From Macrostomum lignano (taxonomy: Eukaryota): 64,000 nucleotides of DNA. Below, in pieces: positions 1 to 45,817 of this stretch (position 1 is its first letter; every line of letters starts with the position of its first letter). A program made the position numbers and the translations under genes. The notes beneath the pieces were generated by a model. That model was not told where the DNA came from. It searched no databases and saw only the letters and a program-made list of their open reading frames with translations. Location of the stretch: assembly GCA_002269645.1 (NCBI GenBank), contig NIVC01003214.1:1-64000 (forward strand). Reading direction: 5' to 3'.

Positions 1-33411
<33,411 letters not shown>

Positions 33412-33859
33412 TCGATGCCTCGAAGACTAATGCCTTTGGCCTAAACACATGGCCTGGCTTTACCAAACTACGAACTTCGGAATCAGCCTCTCGCCCTCAA
33501 TTGCTACCCACCTCCACTTCCCTCACCCCCTGCAGCAGTCGTCCATTCCATTGATCTTTCTTTCATATGGCTGCTTCTCTCCTTCCCCCATCTTTTTTGG
33601 AAGCAGCAGCAGCAACATCGGCAGAGGCATTTGCAGTACTGCATGACCTTACACTGACTTGCTTGCCTGAAGAGAGCGCGCAGCCTCTGAATGTCGGGTG
33701 CAGAATGAATCGCCCCTCCGTTTCCCCTTTAGGAGGTGAATCGGTGAAAAAATTTTTTTTCGAAAAAACAGAATTCAAATTTAACAGCGTCGTGTATAAA
33801 ATATTATAGATTTTTATTACAATAGTTTAACCTGAGATATATCAGGTTTAGATAGTTGA

Positions 33860-33890
33860 CTAGCAATCTAGTGCCCCCCGAAGGGGCGCG
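33860..33890 (-). mobile_element. Candidate Helitron 3' terminus
   Basis: Minus strand: GC-rich hairpin gcccc-ttcgg-ggggc, 9-nt spacer, CTAG, then a T flank; the 5' end was not found. Confidence 0.4.
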
Positions 33891-34106
33891 CAATAAGCAA
33901 GGAGAAAAATTATTGATGGAAAACAATTAAAAAAATCATATTTTCTTAAGAACCAATTCTTTCTTCAGTTTTATAAATCACCTTATTCGAGTACAATTGT
34001 CACGGACAAAAGATGTTTGCTATGAATCTCTTTTTTCAAAAATTAACAGAATGACAATAAAATAAAGTTTCACGAAGATAACAGACATTCCCCTAAGTAG
34101 AAAACA

Positions 34107-34620
34107 TCCCCAAGAGAGCAAGCATCCCCCAGATAGCAAGCATCCACCCAGATAGCAAGCATCCCCCAGATAGCAAGCATCCACCCAGATAGCAAGCATC
34201 CCCCAGATAGCAAGCATCCCCCAGATAGCAAGCATCCACCCAGATAGCAAGCATCCCCCAGATAGCAAGCATCCCCCAGATAGCAAGCATCCACCCAGAT
34301 AGCAAGCATCCCCCAGATAGCAAGCATCCCCCAGATAGCAAGCATCCCCCAGATAGCAATCATCCACCCCGATAGTAAGCATCCCCCCAGATAGCAAGCA
34401 TCCCCCAGATAGCAAGCATCCCCCAGATAGCAAGCATCCCCCAGATAGCAATCATCCACCCAGATAGCAAGCATCCCCCAGATAGCAAGCATCCCCCAGA
34501 TAGCAAGCATCCCCCCAGATAGCAAGCATCCCCCAGATAGCAAGCATCCCCCAGATAGCAAGCATCCCCCAGATAGCAAGCATCCCCCAGATAGCAAGCA
34601 TCCCCCAGATAGCAAGCATC
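34107..34620. repeat. ~18-19-bp minisatellite (cccagatagcaagcatcc)
   Basis: Visible tandem array. Confidence 0.95.
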
Positions 34621-35323
34621 TATGTTTGACTATAGATGCTTGACTACTCAAACGGGTTGACTTGTATAGGGTTAGATAAGATAGAATAAAATTGTGTTTA
34701 GTTGGTGCGAGTAATACCTCACACCTTGATGTACCCGTGACAAATTCAGACACGCTTGAAGCATCTGTCGTCTCCTTCCGCGCTGTAGAGCTAAAAACCA
34801 GGAGATGAAAGTAGAGGCCTGACATTTCCCATGCCGCTCGATAGACCAGCGCTTGATAAAATGGAAAAGAGGCGGTCACCACTTGGTGCGCCGCCTCCCC
34901 GCAGGAATTCCATAAACAGAATCACCCTAAGGTGTGTTCTGGCGGAGCGCCTTGAACTTTAATTTTCGTCTGAAGCTGCGATTCTTGGCTGGATAATGCG
35001 GAACTTTTCATAAATAACGTTTCATGCACGGAGAGTGGACTTGATATTCGTTCAGACATTTCGTACTTTCTGGCGTCCTCTCCACATTATCTTGTGGCAA
35101 CACTTTTCGAGTCAATTAATTAATCACCACTAATCGAGGTGACAATTGACCCGAAGTTAGGGTGGACGAAAATAGGTCACGGCTACCCCGCTGACCCCTG
35201 AGCATGCACACACAGGATTTATTTTACTTTTATTTTGTAGTGACTGGCTGCTAACTGGCTATTCAGCAGCACTCACTAGCTTTTCCTGTGCTACCCTGTG
35301 CTGGGCCTAAGTATTTACTGCCT

Positions 35324-35690
35324 GATGACTCATCGCCCAAGCAGGCGTGGGCAGCCACACTCAATGTCTTCCCACTCGCGCTGAGGAGGCATAGCAGGAT
35401 GACTCATCACCTGCGCGGGCTGTAATGGCTGCCTAGAGGGAGTAAACAGGATGACTCATCCGCCCAAGTTCTATTTTTAGCACAGAAAAGCACGTGACTG
35501 TGCACGCTAGTTTTGCGTGGCAGCTGACCTTGAGTCACGCCACAGCAGCGTGACAGGGTTACCTTATTTGGAAGTTGGCCTTGGATCACGCATCGCTCGC
35601 ATGATTCTGAGGACCAAATAAGGAAGTTTCACGCGCTCACCGCATGAAACTCACGTGACTTTTGGGGGTCTGCTCAGCTATAAATACGGA
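35324..35690 (+). promoter_or_regulatory. Enhancer/promoter-like cluster: 3x GATGACTCATC, TGAGTCA, MEF2 site, CACGTG E-boxes, TATA box
   Basis: ATGACTCAT at 35325, 35399 and 35451; CTATTTTTAG at 35471; TGAGTCA at 35531; CACGTGAC near 35492; TCACGTGA at 35651; TATAAATA near 35679. Confidence 0.55.
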
Positions 35691-36318
35691 GCATCTGTGA
35701 GCCATTTTTCTCCAGATCGCGTTCCACGGCGTCGTCTCGCGGAGCATCGTGGCTAATTCGTGAAGCCTCCTCCGAGCTCTCCTCTCTCATTTCAGGTTTT
35801 TCAGGTTTTCAGGTTCGAGCAGCATCTACTAGAACGATCAACTGTCGAGACATTTTCAGATTTGCCTTTGCTCCGAGCGACTTCGTTATTTTATTTCAGG
35901 TGACGGATAGACAACTCTGCCGACGCGTCGAGTCTGCACACCAAGGTGGCAGCAACCCTACCGAGTCTAAGGCTAACGTTTTAGGTTCCTTTTTAGGCAA
36001 ATCGATAGGTAGTACAACGGTAATATCTAGCTACTTCCGGAGCAGCGAGTTCTATTTCTAGGAACATCTACAAGAACTCGGGAAGGAGCAAAACAATTTG
36101 ATGCAGGTGGCTGTGTGCACCCTGTCGAACTTTAAGCGACATTGTCGCACAACCGGCGAGAGGCACAGGCACACACTCACTCGGGAGTGTACAGCGGCCC
36201 TGACTTTATTTATCGTTAGACATGTACACTTCACTGCGCCTTGGGGGTTGGCACTCTAAGGCGTTAATTGCACGAGCACAGCCAAGCCAGTATTCCAATT
36301 AAGCCCAAAATTAATGTG

Positions 36319-36390
36319 GCTGCACTTGGAATCGAGCCTGGGCCGCTGGTACATCAGAGCGCCGCGCTGCACCACTAGGCTATGGCACAC
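36319..36390 (-). other. tRNA-derived (SINE-like) head
   Basis: Box A TAGCCTAGTGG and box B GGCTCGATTCC at tRNA-like spacing, but no canonical anticodon arm or acceptor stem. Confidence 0.5.
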
Positions 36391-37689
36391 CCCAGGTACA
36401 GGGTCTTACAGAGGTCCTGATTTGCTCATGGTCTGGCACGGACGCACTCTGTTCCATGGTGAATGGCACTCAGATTGCTAAATTAGAACACCAAAAAAGC
36501 AAATCCACAGACCCAATTCTTAGAACCGGCGCGAAGTATGTTTATTAATTGCCGATAAAAATTGTCTGGTTGCAGATCCCTACAGCACAGAAGAATAATT
36601 GTTACAGAATAATTCGATGTCGAAGTGTAATATTTCGGTTAAAAACTGATACAATTAATTTCTTGTGCCATTCGCATTTCGGCCATGCCTTCGTTTGCAC
36701 TGAGTCAGCTGGATTAACTAAAACGACACAGTTTTATCAGCAACTCATAAAAGCATTTTGCAAAGTTCCTGTTGCACATGCAATTCACCGCCGTTTGTCT
36801 GGTTTACCTCGCGTTCATCCGTCCGACATCGGAAAATTCCCGAAAAGTGCGCACACGAAGCCCCCGACCCATCCCGGCAAAGTGGAAACCTGCCTTCCAC
36901 ACTGCGGCCTCCAAGGCCAGTCAGCGACTTCCTCTGCCAGGGACTTCTGGGATAACCTGGACTGGAACCAAATTAAAGGAATGGTGATAATCTTCACTGC
37001 CCAGATGAAATTCAATCACTGATTACAAGTATGCGATAAAATAAGATTTTTTCCGATCTCCACAGTTAGTTTTTTTGCAGGAAACTGGCCTCCAAAAGTT
37101 GCTCGATCTTTGAGTTTTAAGTCCTGTTATGCTTCAGTGGTCTTTGCTACTATTGCACTTGTTTTTCAGACATTGTGCGCTTACTGTTGTTAGCATTTTG
37201 AGGCAATCTCTCTGTCCAAGTGTAAGCAGAGGTCCCTGGTGTTCATACTTTGCTTGGCTGCCTAATTTCTCCATCTAGCTCTAGCCAGCCTCCCCGATCC
37301 GTCGGTCTGTCAGGAATCTGCAAGTCAAGCCACGCTCCCCCCCCGCTGCCGTGACATTTCGCCGTCTCGAAGTTTAGTCTGTTTGGGAAGGAATTGGCGC
37401 TCTGCAGCGCCGGCGCGGATAAAATCCCAAATATGGGAATAGAAAGTCGGACAGGTAAATGGCTGGTATTCTTTCTAAGCCCCGATAATTCCGTACGCAG
37501 TGTACTGCCGTCACTTTTGGGGGGGGCTGCTTTGGGGAATTGTTTTTTTGCAAATTCGAAATGCTTCTAGCCTGCCATTCTGGCCTACTGGCAGTAACAA
37601 CATTGGTTTGTTGCAGAAAATTACACGTTGAAACTCTCGAAGAAGTCAGCTTTTTGTTCCTAAAACAGACGCTTTGTACAGGCAGGGGA

Positions 37690-38193
37690 GGGGAGAGGGA
37701 GACAAGAGAGGCAGACAAGAGAAGTAGACAAGAGAAGTAGACAAGATAAGTAGACAAGAGAGGGAGACAGGAGAGGGAGACAGGAGAGGGAGACAGGAGA
37801 GGGAGACAAGATAAGTAGACAAGAGAGGGAGACAGGAGAGGGAGACAAGAGAGGCAGACAAGAGAAGTAGACAAGAGAAGTAGACAAGATAAGTAGACAG
37901 GAGAGGGAGACAAGAGAGGGAGACAGGAGAGGGAGACAGGAGAGGGAGACCAGAGAGGGAGACAGGAGAGGGAGACCAGAGAGGGAGACAGGGGAGGGAG
38001 ACCAGAGAGGGAGACAGGAGAGGGAGACCAGAGAGGGAGACAGGAGAGGGAGACCAGAGAGGGAGGCAGGAGAGGGAGACCACAGGGAGGCAGGAGAGGG
38101 AGACAGGTGAGGGAGACCAGAGAGGGAGACAAGAGATGGAGACCAGAGAGGGAGACAGGAGAGGGAGACAGGAGAGGGAGACCAGAGAGGGAG
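37690..38193. repeat. 13-bp purine-rich minisatellite (gacaggagaggga)
   Basis: Visible tandem array. Confidence 0.9.
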
Positions 38194-40139
38194 AGGGAAA
38201 CTTAGAGAATTTTCATTGATTTAAAAAATATTTGGTATGAACAAACATCGTAGGAATGAAAATATTGAAAATATTTTCTTAACTCTATGAAACAAAAGTA
38301 ATAGCTTGGACAGTCTTATTGACCTAACCAGTTAGAATTAGCAAAATTAGTTTGTGCCATATAGGACCGTAACGACAAACAAAATAAAGTTTTTGCGGTG
38401 CTACAAACAACCGCAGTAAAATGGAGTGCTCACAAAATAGATATATGATTAAACTGAGCACAAACTCTAGTGAGAAGAGAGCACCCGATGGTTTAGGCAC
38501 CTCGGTGGGCACCGCAATGGCACTGCGTTGAAAAGTTGAAATGAATTTTCAAAAAAATACATGTAGATCCAACGCAATGCAACTACAATGCAACACCGAA
38601 ACAAGAAGTGCTGTAACAGAAGTCCGGTTGCTCTTATACTTACGGATAGGTCAAGCACTTCCGGGACCAAGTTCCAGCATGCAAGTGCAACGCTTCTTTG
38701 TCGCGGTATTTCCTCTGCGTATGCGGTGGCTCTGCTTGTGTCCGCGCCAACTCCGCCTGCTAGCGCAAATATGAATATACATTTGTATAAATATGTTTGC
38801 GCCGAGTGTAGCTGTGCTGGGAAGGGCAGACAGTGTGCGGGTGTCTTTCTGTCTTTCTGTCTTCCAATGAAAGGCCGCACACACACAGTTGGTTGTTAGG
38901 GGCCTGGTCTGGTGCAAGTTTCTGGGGTAAGCAGCCTAATATTGAAACTTATTTAAGCCTGAGCAGCAGCCTCAGTAGCAGTAGCAGTGCGCGAGCATAC
39001 AACACAAAGTCGCGAGTCCAAAACTGGCCGACTGACTCTCATTGGCTGACTTCAAAGCAATGCAATCTAAGTGGCCTGATAGCAGCATTTGGGCCGACAA
39101 CCCCTTCCTAACCCCCTCGACTACTGATGAAGGGTCCTGAGCTGCCTCCCCCTCTCTCTCTCCACTCAGTCCCTCACTGTGCAGCGCCTCTCCCAGGGTT
39201 CTGCTGCAGCTGAGAGGGGCAGTGGCGGCGGGCAGGGCTTTGAAGGCGCTGCTGTCACACTGGGCTGGGGTCAGCAATGGTCGCCTGCATGCAGGGGCGC
39301 TTGAAAGGGGGGGGTTGGTTGTCGGGACTGCGGCTTTTGATTTACGACTTGCGCCTGTCAAGTTGAGCTCATACAGCAGCCGCTATGCACAGCAGGGGGG
39401 AAGGGCACCCTCCTCCTGACTTTTGCAGCCGAATTGCTGTGTTGGTAAAAAAATTTTTTTGGTGGGTGCAGGGGTTGAGCTACCGCACGTGCCTATATGA
39501 GAGGGGCTGGGTATGGACTTGCAGACTGCTCACTTTTTAACTGCCTCCAGCGCCCCTGTTATATGCTCAGTGTGTGTAGGAGCAAATTACATTTGAATAT
39601 AGGTTGCTCGCTATATACCAAAACAGAGGGGGGAGAGCTTGAAAAGCGATAAAATAGAAATGAAGACTGGGCTTGGCCTGCCTTTGCGACCTGGACTTGG
39701 GTTTTGACCCTAAGGCGCTGTCTGTTTCTTAACTCTTTCATTTTAGCCGCCGCAATTGTAGCTTCTTTCAATTGTTTGCAGCAAGCAGTCTGTCTTCAAG
39801 CTTCCAAGCAGACAGAGCTGGGGGGTTGAGGCTGTGAATTTCACATCTTCGATTGCAAGCACAGGAGTCTGGACTTTCGGGTTTGAGACAGCCGTGCTCG
39901 AATATCTTTTTGGGTTCGCTTTGTGTAACTTTTTTATGGATTCTTTTAGTAAACTAAAACGGAAAATTTGCAGAGCTTCTTCGAGTGCGCTGAGTCTTGT
40001 TATAAATCGCTGAATATGAACTTTGGAATCGGTCAATTGGAACGTCACATTGGCAACCAAAATTTGAGCACTTCATCCAGATTTGACTCCTTGATTCAGA
40101 GTTGACTCCCCCCCTACTCAAGATCTGACCCCATGCACG

Positions 40140-41185
40140 ATATTTGACCACCTCACCCAGATTTGACCACCCTAACCAATATTTGACCCTCTCACCCAGA
40201 TTTGACCCCTCACCCAGATTTGACCCCCCTCACCCAGATTTGACCCCCCCTCACCCAGATTTGACCCCCTTACTCAGCTTTGACCCCTCACCCAGTTTTG
40301 AACTCCTCACCCAGATTTGACCCCCCTCACCCAGATTTGACCCCCCCTCACCCAGCTTTGACCCCCTTCTCCTACCTTTGACTCAACCCCCCCTCAGATT
40401 GGTCAGTGGACATGAACTTCCATAACGATAGTAATTGAATGGCTTTCAAAGCAGCTTTGTACTTTTGATGAAGCTATAAATTTATTTTATACTAAATTGC
40501 AGGTGCAAAAAATAAGAGCTCAGTGTTAGGTACAGAAAAGCGAAAGGAAACATGTTCTGCTGATAACAGTACTCGCACTCTACTATTCGAGTCACGCCAC
40601 CACGCTAAGTCAAACAATTAATAGGGTGGAGAAAGGGTGGAGAATTGATGGAGAACGCCAAAAACAACTTAACACCAACCGCAGCTGAGTGAATTTTAGT
40701 TCACCATTTTCTTTCAGTGCTACTTACAGTAGCGAAAAAAGGCTTATTGAAAAAAACTGTGCGAAAAGAGAAAAGTTTCGAGGTGTTTTGGATAAGAAAA
40801 TATAAGCTGGTCAACGCCAAAGGGGCGCCCCGCCAGATTCAAGATTATGGCGCCAGATTCAAGGCTATGGCGCCAGATTCACGATAATGGCGCCAGATTC
40901 ACGACAATAGCGCCAGATTCATGACAATAGGGCCAGATTCACGAAAATCGCGCCAGATTCACGACAATAGCGCCAGATTCATGACAATAGGGCCAGATTC
41001 ACGAAAATCGCGCCAGATTCATGATAATGGTGCCAGTTTCATGTTAATGGCGCCAGGTTCATTATAATGGCGCCAGATTCACGACAACGGCACCAAATTC
41101 AAGGCTACGGCGCCAGATTCAAGGCTATGGCACCAGATTCAAGGCTATGGCGCTGGATTCAAGGCTATTGCGCCAGATTCATGCT
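40140..41185. repeat. Two ~20-bp minisatellites (cccagatttgacccccctca at 40140-40380; cgccagattcaaggctatgg at 40830-41185)
   Basis: Visible tandem arrays. Confidence 0.85.
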
Positions 41186-41931
41186 ATTGGCGTCAAATTT
41201 GAGACAGTGGAGAACAGTGGCACCAAGTTTAATGAGTTGGAGAAGAAATGTCACTTTGTTTATTTTCATTATACATGTAGAAAGAGCCATAAAAATATTT
41301 TCGACGATAACTCACATTGCTGCAAAATAATAAGTAATAAATTTTGCTCATTGCCTGACTAGAAGCTTTTTTCTATTGCCCCTTTTTGCTAGCCACGCCC
41401 AGAACCAGGCCGAGTAGCTAAAAATACATGTCGTCAATGTAAACAAAGTGAGTTGGTTAGCCAGGTTTGAGACAGTCGAGTTTCGTCGGCCGCATCAGCT
41501 GACTGAGTTCGAGCCCTAGAACTCTCTCTCTCCATTTCCTCCATCTTCAAGACATTTATTTCCAGTCATTACAATGCAGAAAATAGTATGAGAGTTGCGC
41601 CATCTGGGGGTCAGCTGATTTCGTTAAAACAAAAGACGCCCCAGATCCAGCTTTGCCATGAAGAGGCGGCATTCGTTCGGCCAATGTTAGACCTCCTCCC
41701 TGCCTGTCTACCCCGATTCCGAAAATCCAACGTAGATTCAACGTTTACCCTAGTGAGTTTCTAAAAATAGAACAAAAGCCTGTACAAGCCTGACCGGGGA
41801 ATGTACATTTGCCTCTCTGCCCTCTGAAAGTCTATTTTATGCCTCACTGTACATTCGGCCCCTACGTGTACCCAACCGTTCTTTCCCGCGTACAGTACTG
41901 GCGACCCCCCCTCTGCGTCGTTTCTGCTGAA

Positions 41932-42005
41932 TCACATGACAACGATAAACAAACGTCGGTCTGGAAACGAGTGAAAAAAGCCTTCGTCACAAGACGCCTA
42001 TAAAA
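41932..42005 (+). promoter_or_regulatory. p62 proximal promoter: TCACATGA E-box and TATAAAA
   Basis: TCACATGA at 41932 and TATAAAA at 41999, about 110 bp upstream of the ATG; MEF2 consensus CTAAAAATAG at 41761. Confidence 0.5.
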
Positions 42006-42111
42006 CTAAGGAGAAAAAATTCTGAAACAGAGCCAGAACCCGTTCGCGCTCCGATTCCGACCAAGATTAACACTAATTTTCCGGACACTATCAATTCTCA
42101 AGCCTACCAAG

Positions 42112-43809
42112 ATGAACTCTGAGATCCCATTCAAGGTGTACTACGAAGACGAGATCAGGCGTTTCAGCTTGCCCGAAACCGTCTGCAACGATGGCCGCGG
42201 CTACGCCTGCTTGGTGCAGCGCATCCAGTCCGTGTTCGACATCTCGCCGAACAAGCCGTTGCGCCTGCGCTGGCTCGATCTGGAGGGCGACCGCATTGTT
42301 TTCAGCAGCAGCCCCGAACTGGCTGACGCTGTCGGCCAGCTGACCCTGTCGAATTCGGGACCCGGCGCTGCCGTGCGCGTGTACGTCTCGCTAGTCGGCT
42401 CTCCCGACACCTTCGACCAGAACGCCATTGTTCATCCGGGCGTCTACTGCGACGGCTGCAACTCTGACATCAGGGGCTACAGGTTCAAGTGCCTTGTCTG
42501 TCCCGACTTCGACCTCTGCCGCGACTGTCTCAATAAGGACTCGCACAACCAGCACCAGATGAAGCTAATCCGGCGACCAGGCGACGGCGGCTGGGGCGGC
42601 GGCTTCGCCGGCGGGTGGGGCGGCGGCTGGCAGCATCCGGGGATGCGTCGCTGCTTCCAGCGCCATCACCGCGGCCAGCTGGCCGTCGCCGAGTCACACG
42701 CCAGCGGCAACACCGATGACAATGCCGGGTCCGGGCAGCTCCGCGGTGGCCGCGGCTGCGCCATGCGCGACGCAGCTGCCATGGCGACAGTCGCCACGGA
42801 GCTCGTCAGCAGCGGAGCTTCCACGCCGCCACTGGCTACCTCGGCTGCCAGCGTCTGCACCGAGCAGCAGCTGCTTGTTGAGCACGTGACTAGCGCCATC
42901 AGCACCGCCCTGCAGCCGATGGGCATCGACGCATCCATCCAAGTGAGTGATTGAGGGCATATCTTGAGCAACCTTGAGAAGCGCTCAAGGCTGTTTCTAT
43001 TGGCAACACATACGTTTTACTAGCTATCACGTGATGTCGTGATTACTGTTGCGTCCAATTGCGGCAATATCTATGACCTTGTGTAAGACAGGCAGAACCA
43101 GAAATCGATTTGACCTTGAACAATAAGGGGAAATCCTCCTATCAGCAATGTACATCAAACACTTAGGCTTCACTAGTGTGTAAAATTTTGGTCACGTTAG
43201 TTGTGATGGTCATCACTCATCAGTTACAGTTTTAGACAAAGATAACAGAACCCGTCCAGGATGTACCCCAACTCTGATACCCCAGGGACTCAGTGATGCA
43301 AATGCAAAAACAGACTTGTAAAGAAGGACTCCAGCTTCACCGTCACCACCTCGCAGGTGATGCGCCAAGAGTCTGACGCTGGCGTGCAGGCTTCGACAGC
43401 CCGAACCCCATCGTCGGATGCGACTATCAAGACGAGCAGCTCGGCCTCGGCCGAGTCCAGCGCCGGGCCGCGCGGACCTGTCCTGGCCCAGTCCAACTTC
43501 TGCACGCCGAGTCAGCCTCCGCCGCCGCCGCCGCCGCACTCCGAGAGCGGAGCCGCCTTCGGTTCCGTGCCAATGGAAGCAACTTCTGCCTCATTCGTTG
43601 GCGGCGGCACCACCGGCGGTAACTGCAGCGACGGTGGCTTCGAACTGGTGGCCGCACTGGACCCGAAGATTGCCCGCTCCCTCGAGCACATGACCGCCAT
43701 GGGCTTCAATGACGACGGTGGTTGGCTGACGCGCCTGCTGACGTCCAAGGACGGCGACATCTGCGCCGTGTTGGACGCCATTCGGCCACTGAACGGTGGT
43801 GGAAAGTGA
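42112..43809 (+). CDS. SQSTM1: Sequestosome-1/p62 (Ref(2)P) ortholog; exons 42112-42942 and 43357-43809
   Basis: PB1 ([13 protein letters not shown]...[14 protein letters not shown]), ZZ finger ([24 protein letters not shown]), [10 protein letters not shown] segment, LIR-like [13 protein letters not shown] ([27 protein letters not shown]). Confidence 0.95.
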
Positions 43810-45443
43810 TCATCGAGAATTTCGTTTGAGATGGTGAAATGAGGAATCTTTGAAACTGGACTTATTAAACTTTTTGCACCGCTAATGTAATGATTATGCG
43901 AGGGAGCAACCTTTGGGAATCTCTTAAGGCCATTTCTACTGGAAACGCTCATTGGCTCAGAGCTGTCACGTGATGGTGTTTGACCTTGAGGAAATTTACA
44001 ATTTACATGCACATGTTAATATGGTGGGATTCGATTCACGTTAGATGGCGGTCTGACTACCCCCGTGTGAAGGTCATTGAGTTACTATTTTTAGAACCAA
44101 TAAGGAGTAACACATAAAGGAGTAAGTGGTTTAAATTCTATCATTTATTCTAACTGCATAAAAATTGAAAAAATTTCTTTTTTGTGTACACCTTTTCTAA
44201 AATATATATCATTTCGCAATATTTTTGTTGTACATAGTGTATCCCGAAAAACCTGGTCCTTCTTGATATTTTTAAGTATAAGTAGTCACTTCTGCGTAAA
44301 TCTGTCATACCGAAACGCGATTTTTTGAGTTTACAAAATTTCCGTTTCTACTATTGCCTTCGCTGGCATTTTTCGGTTTGTGTGAAGTATATCTGAGTTT
44401 TAAATGTTTGCGAATAATTTTAACAACTCTAGAAAAAAACGGAAATTACTACAAATAAATACAGAACGCAAGTTAAAAAAATAAAAAACGAATATTTTTT
44501 CAGTGTATAATTACAGCTACAGCGGACTGTAGTTAGTTTTAACAAAAAAAATCAATCCATTCATTGAATGTTTGCATGTTTTTCGTACATTTGCAGTTGA
44601 CAGCGATCTTGTATATCAGTGTTAATAATGAATGAAAAAGTATAAGTTTTCATTATTAAAACAAAAGTGAGTGTTGCGAATGGACAGATTAAATGTGCAT
44701 CAGCAGTGTTGAGCAGCGTTATTAAAAATAACTTTTTTAGTGAAAGTTAGTGGTCAAAGAGTTGTTAGCGTTAAAATGAAAAATAAGCAACTTTAAGAGC
44801 AAATTTCGGTACAAAGGAACAAAATTAATGAGAATAACACCCTAAGGTAGATTAATATTCGAAATATCGGCACTTTGCTTAAACGTCTGCGTAACTGGGT
44901 TTGGGACTCGTGCTGGACACCAACGAATGCCAAGTTTGCTAGTAGTATTACTACTAGTAGTAGTATATCTATCTTTTAGTAGTCTAAAATTAAAATAACA
45001 GATTTTAAAGAAAGGAAAGTTGACGATGTCTAAATGTCAGTGGGACAAAAATCAAGTGTGAAAAATCCGGTGTTCCGCTACCCAGATATTTGGTGGTTTT
45101 TTAGTCTTTGACAGTCAGACGAACAACCGTTTTCCGTAAGAGTGGCAGACTTTGATTATGCAACAGTGGCTGCAGCTGCTCAAGTTTACAGAGAAAAAAT
45201 ATGAGGATAAGGGTATGATATGAAAATATGACAATTTTAACAAAATCTTAAATAAATATTAAACTGGGAGAAAGATAACATAACAGTTATGGATAATTAA
45301 TTTGTCGTGTAAATCGACACAGAACGAATAAAGATATTCCTTTGATAGGACATTGAGAAAAATACTTACAAGACACATTTCTAAGGTTGTTCAACGAGAG
45401 CTGTTTGAAAAATTACTGAGCGAATCAAAACCAGTCACGACTT

Positions 45444-45817
45444 TTATCGACCAGATTCCTGTAAGGGCTGCGCCGGCGGAAACAATGTCTCCGGCTTAAA
45501 CTGGAATCGATGCTGCAGACTCCTGCGCTGCTGACTGCGATCTTCCACGGGCGTGGGTGGCAACGGCCTGTTCCTAAGATCTCTACTCGTTTGCAGAATA
45601 GAGAACTGCTGACCTCCGCTGGGACCGCTTGCCGACGATCTGCGAGGCTTCGGCGTGGGAGGATTGGAAACCTGATGTGGCGGGGCGTTCTGCGCCATCA
45701 GCGGAGGTCGCGTTTGACGCGGCGGTGGCACTGGAGGCGTCGGCATCGAAGCAGTCCTCGTCATTTTGGGCTTCGGCTTCGTTGGAGGGGGTTCCGGCTT
45801 CTGTGCTGCTCTGTCGT
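45444..45817 (-). CDS. Terminal exon of a proline-rich protein with a WIP/verprolin-like C-terminal motif
   Basis: Acceptor tactcgcag| then open frame KPEPPPTKPKPK...RNRPLPPTP...LQHRFQFKPETLFPPAQPL-stop; upstream exons not identified. Confidence 0.4.

Noticed and set aside
39120-39150. CTGATGAAG motif
   Set aside because: No downstream stem II-GAAA
36549-40151. Short ORFs between the enhancer cluster and p62
   Set aside because: No recognisable domains or consistent splice model; probably decayed TE fragments
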